Shown in pieces: positions 51,201 to 63,702 of a stretch of 64,000 nt of DNA; positions within the stretch are counted from its first letter, which is position 1; every line of letters starts with the position of its first letter. The stretch comes from Sphaerodactylus townsendi. Lineage: Eukaryota. Below the pieces are notes generated by a model. It worked only from the letters and a program-made list of their open reading frames with translations, was not told the DNA's origin and ran no database searches. The stretch covers positions 33,418,001 through 33,482,000 of the forward strand of contig NC_059432.1 in the NCBI RefSeq assembly GCF_021028975.2. Reading direction: 5' to 3'. The translations under genes and the position numbers were made by a program.

Positions 51201-53182
51201 GTAAGTTGAAAAATCAGATAAACTTGACCAGTTTTACAGCCCCATTCAGGTGAATCCCCCTCTGGAGTCAGTGCACCCATGTAGCAGCAGAAATGCCATC
51301 TCTCCCCCCCCCCCCAGTTTAAGGGGCAAGTGCACCAGTGGGAAGGGGTTACTTACTCTGGTGGGTGGGTGCTGAGTGGCTCCATGGCACGCAGCCTGGA
51401 AGCTATCTGTCCTGCCTAGACACACCAGCACAAAACACTGCACTGGTGTGACTGTGGGTGGAGAAGGGGGTGGAGCTAGCCTCACTCAGCTTCCATAGGC
51501 CCACCTAGCTCCCTTGTGCTGGCAGAGACAGCTCGGCGATTTGCCACATTTTTCACGGCGTATCTCCGCTTTCCTTTATGAGAGATTCTTGGCGGCTTTT
51601 CTTTTTTGCTTTTGAGGCTTCCTGCACCCCAGGAAAGCCCTTTGGAGGTGGCAGACTGGGCCACAGTGGCACCATCTCTGCCTACCAGCCCAGTCTGGAT
51701 TGGACTGTAGATGACCTAACTGTGGTGCCTAGGTTGCAAGTGATATCAATGCTGATATTGTATTTTGGGAGAATAGATATTTTCTTCAGAACCTGATGCA
51801 ACAATGTCATTTTAAGAAACCAACAAGAACAGCCCAAAACTCTACGAAACACTGCCCCAAAGAACAACACAGAAAGATCTTCACAACAAAACTGTAAAAC
51901 CAGAATCAGAGGAATGCAAAAAGATAAAGTTTTTTAAAAAGTAACAGCTTGGACCCGCCCCCCCCATTCAACCCATTAAAAAATTAAAAAACCTTCTAGC
52001 AATTGAGAATATAAAAAGCAGTTTAAAATCCTAAAACAAAATCCAAAAACAAACCCAACAGCACAAGCCTATCGAACCATTTTAAAAACAATGCAAAACA
52101 AAACCGAGGACAAAACCAAGGACAAGAACCATAAAGAGAAAAAAGGCTTCTCCTGTTAACCACAATCTCCCAAGCTAAAAAAAAAAGAGGAAAGCTTGAA
52201 AGCTTGAAACTGAATAATGCTTTAGGCCTGCTTTGCCTATGCTCAGAGAGCTGAGAGAGAATTGTCATGGTTGGGGAGATAATTCTGTGTTCTCCTTCAT
52301 GTCTGATCCCATTGTCTGAGAAACCCCCCACCCCCACCCCACCATTCACCCCAACTGCAAAAACTAGAATAGAAGAAAAACACTCCTGGGAGTCTTAAAT
52401 TGCTGACTCTGAATATTCCTGAATACTGGTGGAATTTTTCGGACTCAATTACCAAGATTCACTGAAACCTCAATATTATTCTAGATAGCGGAATACGTAA
52501 ATAAATACTGATATAGTATTTTAAAATATATATTGGGTCAGAAATATTGAAAAGCATATCTCCAAATAAATTCTAAGTAATTGCCCTCTCTTCCATTATT
52601 GTATGAAAAAGAATGGCACGGTAAGGACTCATGAAGGAGAGACATTCAAGTCCCATCAGCTCCAGCTTGCCTCTCCCCTCCTTACCAACTCCTGTTTGTG
52701 ATTTCTATCTCTACTGCCTCCTCTTGGCAGGTTTGTTCTTGCACACCATCTTTGGCTGACCTTTGTTGGATTGTTGCAGGAAAATGTCCCCAAATTAGGT
52801 TTGCAGAACTCTGAATTGTAGCTATGGATGATTCTGTTTCACAGGATAGCTCTTCGCTATTAGATATGGTGACTGGCTGTTACTCGTGCTTTGCAGCTGC
52901 ATGGGGTTTCCACTAGCATGCCAAGCGAAACTTCAGAAAGCATCAAAAAGGCACATGAAAAATTTTAATTATGAGGAAAGACCGGCATGAAGAAGTTTCA
53001 GTGTAATTATTCTTTCCTTGGGGGAAAATGCTCATGATATATCTTTGCACACCTGTTTTTGTTGGCTCAGCTGCCTCGTGCAAGGATTTGCATCATAGGT
53101 TGGATACAAGATTGGGTACATTATAAATATTTGACCCAAAGGGAAAACACACAGAAGGGGGAAGCCTACATCTGACACAGGA

Positions 53183-53321
53183 ACAGGGATCTGTAACCTA
53201 CGGCTCTCCAGATGTTCATGGACTACAATTTCCATCAGCCCCCACCAGCATGGCCAGGTGGCAGGGCTGATGGGAATTGTAGTTCATGAACATCTGGAGA
53301 GCCGTAGGTTGCAGACCCCTG
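53183..53321. mobile_element. Palindromic hAT MITE
   Basis: Near-perfect fold-back caggg.tctg.aacctacggctctccagatgttcatg..ctacaat; relatives near 29330-29432 and at 60306. Confidence 0.85.
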
Positions 53322-53576
53322 CGCCTAGCACATGTGTGGGTGGATGGATCCAGAGAGGAATAGGATAATTTCTCTAGTCTTAGAACCCTATTTCAAAATC
53401 ACTCACAGAAAAGGACATACATCACTTCAAGACCTTGTTATGTTCACTTTTTCCCATTCTGGGACTGATCACTTTTTAACCAATGGAAAATCTGGCTCAT
53501 GGTCCATGAATGAAAAAAAAGATGCAAACATAAATATTATTCCCCATCTGCAGAATTAGAGTGAATCAATCTTTCC

Positions 53577-53816
53577 TGTGTGAAGTAGTTGTTAGAGTGT
53601 CAGACAAGGGGGGGACTCAGTTCTAGGGGACTCAGATATGAATCTCTGCTCTGCCATGGAAGCTCTCTGCATGACCTTGGGCCAATTACACACTCCCAAT
53701 CTAACCTACTTCACAAGGTTGCTGTTGGGAGGATAAAATGGAGGCGAGGAGAACAATGTAACCTTCTTTGGGTCCCCATGGGGAGAAATAGAGGTATAAA
53801 TGAATGAATAAATAAA
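53577..53816 (+). mobile_element. tRNA-derived SINE (Squam-like)
   Basis: Same body as 33527 (ctacttcacaaggttgctgttgggaggataaaatggagg) with a tgaa/taaa tail. Confidence 0.7.
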
Positions 53817-53963
53817 GCTTAGCTCATCAGGTCGGAATCTGCCCTGTAACCTCCCCCCCACCCCCAATCAAAAGAAACAAGCATTTGGGGAAAGCAGCTT
53901 CAAGCCACTGGGTAAAGGTTTGTTGAAAACATGGGACCTAATTTTGTTGTGGTATTTTTTCAG

Positions 53964-54057
53964 AGTGAGAAAATCAAGTACTGGGGATATCCTTCAGAAG
54001 AATATGAAGTCCTTACCCATGATGGCTATTTCCTGAAGCTGAACAGAATTCGAGGAG
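53964..54057 (+). CDS. Lipase C exon ([31 protein letters not shown])
   Basis: [15 protein letters not shown] motif; tttcag acceptor; phase-1 donor G|gtaaaa gives 94 bp. Confidence 0.9.
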
Positions 54058-54080
54058 GTAAAAGAAAATTTAGGAATATA

Positions 54081-56729
54081 CATGGACCGGGGGCGGGGGG
54101 GGGGGGAGGAATGAAGCTTTGCTTTCATTCTTACTCTCATAATGAATTAAACAACCAGGTTTGAGTGTATGCTGTGATATGCATTTAGGCAACAGAGCTA
54201 CTTGAGTCAAGTCTAAGGCCTTGTGCTATTCATACAGATTTTTTTTAAAAAAATTCTTCTGTTAGGAACATAGAGGCACATTTATTTACAAGTTTTGTTA
54301 GGGCCGTATAATGCTGTTAGATTTTGTAGTTTCTAGAGCAAATTCTGCTGTAGCTTTTTAAGAAATACAAGTTGCTATTCCCCCCTCCCCTACTTTTAGC
54401 CATTGAGTCACAGCTGACTTATGGAGACCCTGTAGGAATTTAAAGCAAGAGATGTTCAGAGGTGTTTTGCCACTGCCTGCCTCCACATCATGACTCTGAT
54501 GTTCCTTGGAGTCTGCCATCCAGTGGCATAGCACCAGCGGGGCAGGGGGGAGGGGTGATGCCCCTTCATCCCACCTTAACCCCAGCTGAAAGGCAGGAAT
54601 GCTGTTTTAAAGTGTTTCCTTTTTAAAAAAAATCTGCTGCTCAAATGATGGCAAATAAACAGAACTGAATTGAACAACTTTGAAGTGGCAGGGGCATGGC
54701 AGGGGCATTCCGGGGGCATTCCGTTGTGGGGCAGATGGTGTTGTGGCAGGGGCACAGGGCGCATGCGTGCCCTGGATGCAGTTTTTCCCTTGCTCCGCGC
54801 CTGCTCCCATCCAAATACCAGCCAGAACTGATCCAGTGTGTGAAGAAGGGCAGCTGCCCCCAGCAGCACTCAGATGGAGGTGCTGGTAGTGGCTCCACTC
54901 AGATGCAGGTGGTGGCTTCATGGGCTGCATCTCCGCCAGAGAGGGAGAGAATATGCTGAGCAGGGGCCTGCCTCCCTACTTTTCACTAGGTAGGAAAACA
55001 CAAAAGACCATGGGGTGGAATGCAGGAGAGAAGCAGAGACGAGGAAGGGAGGCCACTTGTACAAAGCCCCAGAAGGGCACACAACCACCAAAGATGCCTT
55101 CTCCAAGGATATAAGCAAAGGAGAATGCTTGGAGAGGAAAAAGAATAAGCAGGCTAGCAAGCAAAAGGGGAGAAAGGGATGAACAAAGCCATGTAGGAGA
55201 AGGGTTGTGGGGTGCCCGAAAGGAAAGCCTGGACCAGATCGGAGAAGGATCCTTTGGAGACATGGGCAGTGCCACCAGAGGCGAAGCTAGAAGGGAATCA
55301 GGGGGTGCGCGTTGCATTGGGCGCGCACCTGGGGGCACGCACAAAAAATCATGTTTGTGTTTTTTGTATTTTTAGTGTTTTTCAGTTTTTGGCCTTCAGG
55401 AGGCGCTGTTTGTAGGCTAGCAGCACCAAAATTTCAGGGTAGCTTTAGGAGACGCTCCTCATGATACCACCCAGGTTTGGTGAGGTTTGGTTCAGGGGGT
55501 CCAAATTTATGGACTCTCAAAGGGGATGTCCCATCCCCCATTGTTTCCAATAGGAGCTAATAGAAGATTCCAATAGGAGCTAATAGAATACACTTTTGAG
55601 GGTCCATAACTTTGGACCCCCTAAACCAAATTTTACCAAACCTGGGTGGTGTCATCAGGAGAGTTCCCTAAAGATACCCTGAAATTTCGGTGCAGCTAGC
55701 CTAAAAACTGCACCCCCTGAAGGCCAAAAACTAAAAAAACACTAAAAATTGCAAAAAACACAAAAGAACATTGGGGGGGGGTGTGCAAAGATTTTACACC
55801 AGGGTCCATTTGTCCTAGATACGCCTCTGACTGCTGCTGACTCAAAATTGGCATCTGCCACAGGAGCAGCAGGCACAAAGCAGCTGTGGCCAACCTGGCT
55901 GAGCACATGGTGCTGTGCTCTGCCAGTTGGGCACACTAGAGGCACTTCAAAGCTGTTCAGTTCAGTTCAGTTCTATTCATTTGTCATCATTTGACCAGCA
56001 GAATTAAAAAAATGGAAACACTTTAAAACAGCACCTGGGCACACTCCTGCCTTTCAGCTGGGGTGAAGGTGGGATGAAGCTGAGGAGTTTGGCTTGCCCA
56101 ACTCCAGTGCTTGCTGGGAAGACAGCCAACAGTGACAAACTTAGACAAACAAATGTTGATGAACTTTTGGCTGATTTTGCAATGAAGAGGGCTAGAACAT
56201 GACTTTTTAAAGTCTTAGTGTATTTGATTATTGTCATTTCTTTATTTCTTAATACGTATTGTGAAACCCACTGTTTAATTACATCATAAAGTAGGATCTA
56301 AAAGTGTCACACAGTCATTGTCAAGTAGTCATGATCATCTTATCAACACTTCCCAGGCATTTACATTTGTAAGCTCAAGGTTTTATTTTAAAGGATATCA
56401 CACTAAGCTTACAATTTCATTTTCCTAAAAATTCCTGCTTATTCCACAAATATTTACAAAGTTCAGTTATGGCAAAAGTTTTCATGGCGTTAATTTTAAC
56501 ATTTATGCATTTTTTTCAGTCAATACAGCATTTAATAATAACATCTTATGTTCATTCCACAGAGGAGGAAATGTGAATTGTGGAATTTTAAACATCTGCC
56601 ATCATCCTTGGCTTTACTCAGCTTTAAAACACTCTTCCATCTTCCTCTAGTTATGAGGGTGGGGGAATAGGCGGGGGGACCTCAGAAGTAAAATAGCCTA
56701 GGACCTCTCTTCATCTAAATCTGGACCTG
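54081..56729 (+). mobile_element. Old, internally deleted hAT transposon with nested insertions
   Basis: Transposase C-terminal relic SDKLRQTNVDELLADFAMKRAR at about 56131-56197; degenerate ends catggaccgg / tctaaatctggacctg; weak TSD ggaatata/agaacatg; interior holds SINE and hAT-MITE pieces. Confidence 0.55.
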
Positions 56730-56812
56730 AGAACATGATACAAATTTCACTGACTTTCCCTTGAGAAACCCTGGGGAATTAATTATGTTAACGTGCTGGT
56801 TATTAATGGTGG

Positions 56813-57831
56813 TGTGGGAACGGACCAGAATGTGTATAAAATTGTATTTAATCAAGAAATATGGAAATCCAAATGAACCAAAGATTGCAAAGAATCAAAA
56901 TGGTTTCTGTGTATAGAGACCAGCAAGACTGCTTGTTTGCAACAGTTCAAAGGAATGTTACCAGCTTGCTCGTGATTATGCAGGCAAGCAAGATAACATC
57001 TTTAGCATCTTGTCACTGAGGGCCAACGTGACAGCAGACCTATGCATTTTATTACCTTGTTTTGTTAGAACTAGCTATAGAATGTGATTAGTTAAATTAA
57101 TAAGTGTTTTTCTATATAGTTAAATGAGCACAGAAATGATAACGAGAGAGATTCACATGTATTAGTATTTCACTATAATTCTATTGTCTTAGAATCGAAG
57201 GTATAATTGTGTTAGAATCATTTCATGCTGAGAAAGAAATGTTTTATGATCTAAAAGTATGTAGATTCAAGCCTGCATTGCTTGAAGGGGACATAGCTCT
57301 CTCTGGGAGAAAACAGGTTTTTCTTGGAGACAACAAGCTAGTTTTATGGCTGCCCTTTGTATATGGGTAGAGGACATGCACTAACAGCATGCAGCATTTG
57401 ACGTAGAATAAGAGGCTGTCTTACTGTGACCAGGAGACAGATTCTCTCCAATGAGGTTTGAACATACATGCTTGTAGCACATGAAAGAGGTATGGATTAA
57501 TACGTGAAACGTAAGGGGATGGACTGTGTGACGTCTGTACTCTTTGCATCTATAAAAATTAAGGTTCTTCCTCTACTGGGCGTGCCTCTTTCGAGAGCCA
57601 CCCGGGAGGGGTAACCTTCTGTAACGTTCTAAATTCTGTGTCTATAAAATTGGGTCCTTTTGTATGAAGAAGGGGTGCCTCTTACCCTTAAGAGGACACC
57701 CTGGTCAGATACTTATGCTGTCCAGTAAACTAATCTTCTGTTTCAAAACTGTTTCTTGGTTGTTTTCAAACTTTAAGTTTTTCTTAAAGTAATTCAGCTG
57801 TGTAGGACCAGAGAGCGGTCCTGGCCCCACA
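56813..57831 (+). mobile_element. Solo LTR (about 1.0 kb, ERV-like)
   Basis: tgtggg...cccaca inverted termini; 4-bp TSD gtgg; tataaaa at 57551 and 57643; agtaaa at 57724. Confidence 0.7.
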
Positions 57832-58122
57832 GTGGCAAAAAGATTTCAGATGCCTTCAGAAAGCTCCATTAAAAAAAAAAAAAACTAAGTGCATACTCAG
57901 CTAACTATATAGAAACCATGAAACCATAATTATTGACCTACACTGAAGCAGCTTCTAAAGGGAAAGAGGACTTTCAGTAAAATGAGTTTATATGTAATGT
58001 GTATTTAGTCCTGAACTTCCTCAGTGTACAATGAAACCTAGTGTTCTAATCAGTGATTCATGTTGAAGTTTCCATGTGATTTATTACTGGCTTTTTAATT
58101 TTGGAAATCTTTATATTTTCAG

Positions 58123-58321
58123 GTTCTAAATCTGCTGTACTTCTGATGCATTGTTTGGATATGGAGGGCAGTGTCTGGGTATCAAATCTACCTGATAATA
58201 GCCTGGGCTTCATGCTGGCAGATGCTGGATATGATGTGTGGATTGGAAATAACAGAGGGAATTCATGGTCTAGAAGACACCAACATCTCACAGTTGACCA
58301 ACAAGAATTCTGGGATTTTAG
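58123..58321 (+). CDS. Lipase C exon ([52 protein letters not shown]...FWDF)
   Basis: [14 protein letters not shown].GN.RGN.WS motif; 199 bp; AG/GT. Confidence 0.96.
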
Positions 58322-58934
58322 GTAAATTTATTTCATGTAAAATTATTAAAAATAGCAAGGAGCCATTTAACATTCATTCTATTGGAATTTTAAGTATGTT
58401 CTTCATCAATAGATTTTACTGTCATCTGGATATGCACAGTAGCTGGTGCATAGATGTATGTTAACCATGGGTTTATGCCATATACTATCAAGTTTAATCA
58501 TTTAAATGGTTCTCTATGGGTTGGATTCAGACTATATTTTTCAGGGGATGTGCAATGGGAAGAAGGAATTGGTGGAAATTGCTATTTCAGGCTGGATCCA
58601 GCCCTATGTTGACAAAATAACTTACATATCCATGAAAAGTTAGGGCTGAGAACAAGTTCCTATTTGTCTATTTCTGACTTTAAAGATTTGCAGATCTATT
58701 GTGGATATGTACAATTTTCATTTCTGATTGCTAATACAAATATCAGGTTGTTCTTTTTATATTAAACAGTTGCAAAATACATTCAAATTACATCAAGCAA
58801 AAAAACCACACACCCCTAACCTGTTTAAACATTGGGATTTGAGACTGAGAATTGATTTGGCCTATACATTCTTTCTGGAAATGTAGCAGAGCATATGCTA
58901 AAATTATGCGGTGCTTCAGCTGCTGTGAAACTAA

Positions 58935-59075
58935 GGTCCCTTCCGCACACGCAAAATAATGCATTTTCAAACCACTTTCACAACTGTTTGCCAGTGGATT
59001 TTGACATTCCGCACAGCTTCAAAGAGCATTGAAAGCAGTTTGAAAGTGCATTATTCTGCATGTGCGAAATGAGCC
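58935..59075. mobile_element. Short Harbinger-like MITE
   Basis: Reverse-oriented copy of the 13985 element; TSD taa. Confidence 0.85.
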
Positions 59076-59972
59076 TAAGTAAGCCTGTAGGTGGCCATTG
59101 CTTTTATGGGAATCCTGTAAATAAATCTTGTCAAAAAAATTCATAGCTGTAATTAAGGATTTGTTCTTATGAAATCAGGGAGAAAATAAGCATAAATGCT
59201 ACAAAAGGTAGAACACAACCAGTGCTTGTTAATAAACAGCCCCTTCAGCTGACTACATTCCATTAAAAAAATAGCATGAAAACATTCAAATCATGTTCAT
59301 CAGCCAGATAACATCCTCTTAATCACCCATGTATATGGGATTGATTCCCAAATGATATTGAGTATTGGCTCAAAACTACTTTTCTACTAGCGAAAAAGAG
59401 AAGATACTGTTTGTGGTCCTCAGGGCAAGGAAGAGAGTAGGGGTGAAGGGGTGAAAACTGAAGTAAACACATTGTTTGGAGAAAAAAACAAGTCACAACT
59501 GTAATCAAACACAATCACAGGAGCATTGGTACAACATAGGACATGGATCCAGCATCAGGTGACCTACCTGATGGCAAATGGCACTAACCATCCCCCAGTC
59601 CACTTGCCACCATAGTATGGCAACTACTAGGATCCCACATTGGTGCAAGTCACTGCCTGGTTCCTCCACCATCTGAAGTTTGGAGCCAGTCAACAGCTGC
59701 ATTCCAGTTACTTCCATCAAAGCATGGCCATTACTCAAGCAGAAAGGGAGATTAAACAAATGGTAGCCCAATTAATTTTTTAACTTCAGTCTTTATCTGT
59801 TTGATTTTGGACTGAAACCAGATGGCCCAGTTTTTCTCCTACCTTAATGTAAATTTTAAATATTTGAAGACTGTTATATGTGTTTGTTAATGCTTTCTAG
59901 GTTCAGATCCAGTGTAAGTGAACAAAGCTCACGCATACAGTTCGTGCTAATCATTGTCTTTCTGCTTTTCAG

Positions 59973-60082
59973 TTTTCACGAAATGGGTATCTTTGATCTT
60001 CCTGCCATGATAGACTTTATTCTGCTGGAAACTGGACAACAACAAATTTATTACGTTGGCCATTCTCAGGGAAGCAGTATAG
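59973..60082 (+). CDS. Lipase C exon with GHSQG
   Basis: [36 protein letters not shown]; 110 bp; AG/GT. Confidence 0.97.
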
Positions 60083-60305
60083 GTATGTCAAGAGTTATGG
60101 TTGGTGCTCACTTATACAGAAGAGAGAGATTTCATGTGGGTATGTTCTCCCATAGTTCAGAGCTGGTGAAAATACAGAGGAAGGTTTTGTGGTACTTTGT
60201 ACTCCAAATATCCAGATCACTAGAAAGTGGAATGATGGTGCAGAATACACACACCAGCTCAACTGTTATTGATTTAAGCCAACATGTGGAGCTGAACCTC
60301 TAGAC

Positions 60306-60458
60306 CAGTGAATTGCTTGGCCAGACAGCTGGCACTCCAGATGTTATGGACTACAATTCCCATCAGCCCCTGCCAGCATGGCAAATTGGCCATGCTGGCA
60401 GGGGCTGATGGGAATTGTAGTCCATAACATCTGGAGTGCCAAATGTTCGCCACCACGG
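60306..60458. mobile_element. Palindromic hAT MITE
   Basis: Long fold-back around gccagcatgg.aattggccatgctggc; perfect TSD ctctagac. Confidence 0.85.
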
Positions 60459-61064
60459 CTCTAGACTGATCCTCTCATTACAGTCAGTTGTTTTCTATAA
60501 CCATGTACAGCTGTATGTTTTAGATAGCTGAGGCACTATATATTACTGTTTTAAAGAGTAGGGCCTGGTTTCTCTGGACCCAACTTATTTTTTCTGCAGC
60601 CACAATGCAGCTGTGAGGAATGGCTTCTAAAAAGCGAAGGAAAGCCCAAAGATAATTGGAATGGTGACTCAGAGAGTGGAAAGGCTCCTGCTGCCCCTGC
60701 AAGTGTTTTTCTTGTACGAAAACTACACTGGTGTACAGCTGGGATGGAATTATTTCCCCAATTTTGCTGCTCCATGTGGAGTATCTGTGCACATGGAGCA
60801 GCATAATTGTGGAAATCTCTTCTCAGCATATTATTTTCAAGGGAAAATAGTTACTTTTAAAAAGTAACTGTTCTCCACAGCTGCTGTGTTGCTGTGTGCT
60901 ATGTGAAGAACTCCTTATAAATGGAAACGTATAGTTTGGGCTGGAGTCAAGACAGACTGGGATGCTTTCCTGTACTGCAGTACTCCTGGTGCCGTTTGAC
61001 AATGCAGTCTTGAGGTGTTTCCACAGAAGCATAACATCCAAATCATAAGACGACATAGTCACTA

Positions 61065-62067
61065 TATATACAGCATTGGTTGGGCTGCACCTGGAGTAAT
61101 ATGGGCAGTTCTGGAGGACTCAGTTGTGGACAGAATTGAGATTTGGACAGAACTGAGAGGATGCAGAAGAGAGTGACAAGGAAGGATGATCAGGGGCCTG
61201 GGGACCAAGTCCTGTTAGGAAAATCTGAGAGACTTGGGAATGTTCAATCTGGAGAAGAGGAGGTTGAGGGGGGACATGATTTCACTTAAAGAGAGAAATC
61301 ATTTGAAGGCTGTCACTCAAGCCCCTTCTGCACAGGCTAATAAGCACAGGTAAAAACCCCATCTTGATGGGGAACTTGGCACAGATCCTTCCCCTAAAAC
61401 AAGTCTGCCCCATGTTATTTTCCCCAAACTGGGTTTTTTGTGCTATTAGCGAGACTTTTAAAAAAATCCCTGGTTGCAGCTGCTTGCAAGCGAGCGGCCG
61501 GGCAGTAGGCACTTTATTCACCTTCATTTTTTTTTAAAAAAATGTGACATCTGCATAGCTATGCAGGTGCAAATGGTTGCATCATGAGAAACCAGCATGA
61601 CTGTGAGGGTTCATTTGTGCATGCCAGCGTAGCTACGCATCGGTGGGAAGTACATAAAAAATAATAGATACGTCTCTGTGCGAAGGCACAACAGCAACCC
61701 GGATTGTTTCTGTGGGCTCCAATTGCTGCCTGCACAGGTGTATGTGAATGTGAAACTGGAAAATGGGTTACTTTACCCCGACTGTAACCCATTATATATC
61801 TGTTGTACAGAAGGGCAGGGAGCTGTTCCTGGTGGCTGCAGAGGATAGGACTTAATAAGTTTAAATTAAAGGCAGAAAAATACCTGCTGGATATTCTCAA
61901 TTTTTTTTCACAGTAAAAGTACAGTGGAATTGGGTGCCTATGGACATGGTGAATTCCCCCTCACTAGCAGTCTTCAAGCAGCAGCTTACTTGGGATGTTT
62001 TAAGCTGATCCTGCACTGAGCAGGGGTTGGAACTAAATGGCCCTTTCCAACTCTATGATCCTATGCT
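61065..62067 (+). mobile_element. CR1 LINE 3' fragment interrupted by a Harbinger-like insertion (about 61320-61775)
   Basis: LYTALVGLHLE...QFW, LGMFNLEKRRLRGDMI, and CR1 3' end ttccaactctatgatcctatg. Confidence 0.8.
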
Positions 62068-63028
62068 TTTTTGGGTGTGTGTGTGTGTGTGTGTTTTTGT
62101 GACTACATGCTAGATGCCTTCACAGTCAGCAGACTAGTAAAAAATCCCCATTCTGACTGCTTTGAGTTGTTGCTTCAGGCCAACTTCCTTGGATGTAGTG
62201 AAGCTGCCGAAAAGGAAACAGTGGGAGGATTTTATTATTATGCTCCCCTAATTTGGTGTGTGAACAAATATGTGAAAAGTATTAGTTTAAACTGGAACAA
62301 AGCCAGTCTAACTTGGATAATAATATATAGCTTTCTCTAAACTCTTTGCTAATAATGTAGTTAAGATTTTATGATAATAATTTAAAACAGTGACAGGGTG
62401 AGGAAAGGCAACATTTTCCAAGTTTTCCAACTTAGTACCGTATCTGTGGCCTTCACTCCATGTATCATTCCTGGAGGCATTGATGCTTCATGGCATTTGA
62501 AGGGGTTGCAGAAGTTTTATTGAAAGTAAAGGAAAGTATTATTTGCTATTAGGGGAAATTTAGGGCACCTGAACTGTGGTTGGTTACAGTCATTTGTCAT
62601 TAGTTGTCAATAAATGTTTTCCGCACAAATTGGCACAGGTTTCAATTTTGAGCAAAGCGTAGGGCCCATTACTTAAAATGAATATCTGAAGTGGGAAACA
62701 TCCTTCAAATCCTGTCAGATTGTGTCTGTTAGGACACATTGCCATATAAATTAGTACTATTACCCATGTATTCTATAATATAAAAACCTGAGTTTGGGGC
62801 AGTTAAACTAAAGTCTGTGTATGCAGTGGTTAGAAATTACATCAGTTATGAGGCCAGTGATTCTGTGACAGCATTTCATCATTGTATTTGTCAATCCTAA
62901 TTCTTCAGAAGTAAAAAAAAAGTTTGAACTTTTGAGCTTCCTGATCTAAATTTTTAACATTTTTTTCTGTAAATGTTGCATTTCTAAAAATTATGTGATG
63001 CTAAATTGAATTTCTATTATTTTTCCAG

Positions 63029-63165
63029 CTTTTGTGGCATTTTCTGAATTGCCTCATCTGGCTGAAAAAATTAAGATTTTTTTTGCCCTGGCACCAGCGT
63101 ATAATTTACAAGGCCTTGTAAGTCCCATAATGCAGCTGCTACGTTTGCCAGATATATTGATAAAG
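63029..63165 (+). CDS. Lipase C exon (FVAFSELPHLAEKIKIFFALAPAYNLQGLVSPIMQLLRLPDILIK); gene continues beyond the window
   Basis: Hand translation; 137 bp; ttccag / gtatat; absent from the ORF track. Confidence 0.95.
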
Positions 63166-63299
63166 GTATATATGCACTATTTATTCAGTTGACATAAAGT
63201 TTTATGGTTTCTGTTTTTTCCTTTTTAAAACAGCGAGGGAAAATGGAGGGGTAATAGGAAAGAGTTACAGCAATATCTTGGGAAAAGAAAAGAAACTTA

Positions 63300-63702
63300 G
63301 GCCGTTTCCGCACGGCCTCCTTGCACCCCCACGCCGCCAAGAGTGCTGGCGGCGTGGGGGCGCAAGCCCGCTCGCACGCAAGCGTGCGAGCAGGCCAAGC
63401 GGAGGCCGCCGCAGGAGAGGTCGGAGGACAGTGTGGGCGGGGCTCCGACGGCCAGCAGGCAACGACGAGGACATCGTGAGTAGAACGGAGGAGGGTGACG
63501 GCGTCTTCCTGGTGGCGCGGTTCGCACCGCGCCGCCGGGAAGACGCTTCCTCCCCAACAACAACCCTTTAAAGGGTTGTTGTTTAGGGCGGCCTGACGCC
63601 GCCCTGGGGGGAGGGAAGCGCATTCAGGTGTGCGAACGGCAGCCTGGGGGCGGCGTTTTTACCGCCCCCAGGCCGTCATTTATGGGCCGTGCGGAAATGG
63701 CC
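63300..63702. mobile_element. GC-rich PIF/Harbinger MITE
   Basis: TIR ggccgtttccgcacggcc / ggccgtgcggaaatggcc; TSD tta on both sides. Confidence 0.88.

Noticed and set aside
14209-63165. Assigning LIPJ, LIPF, LIPK, LIPN or LIPM symbols
   Set aside because: One-to-one orthology cannot be established without a phylogeny; sauropsid arrays may have expanded independently
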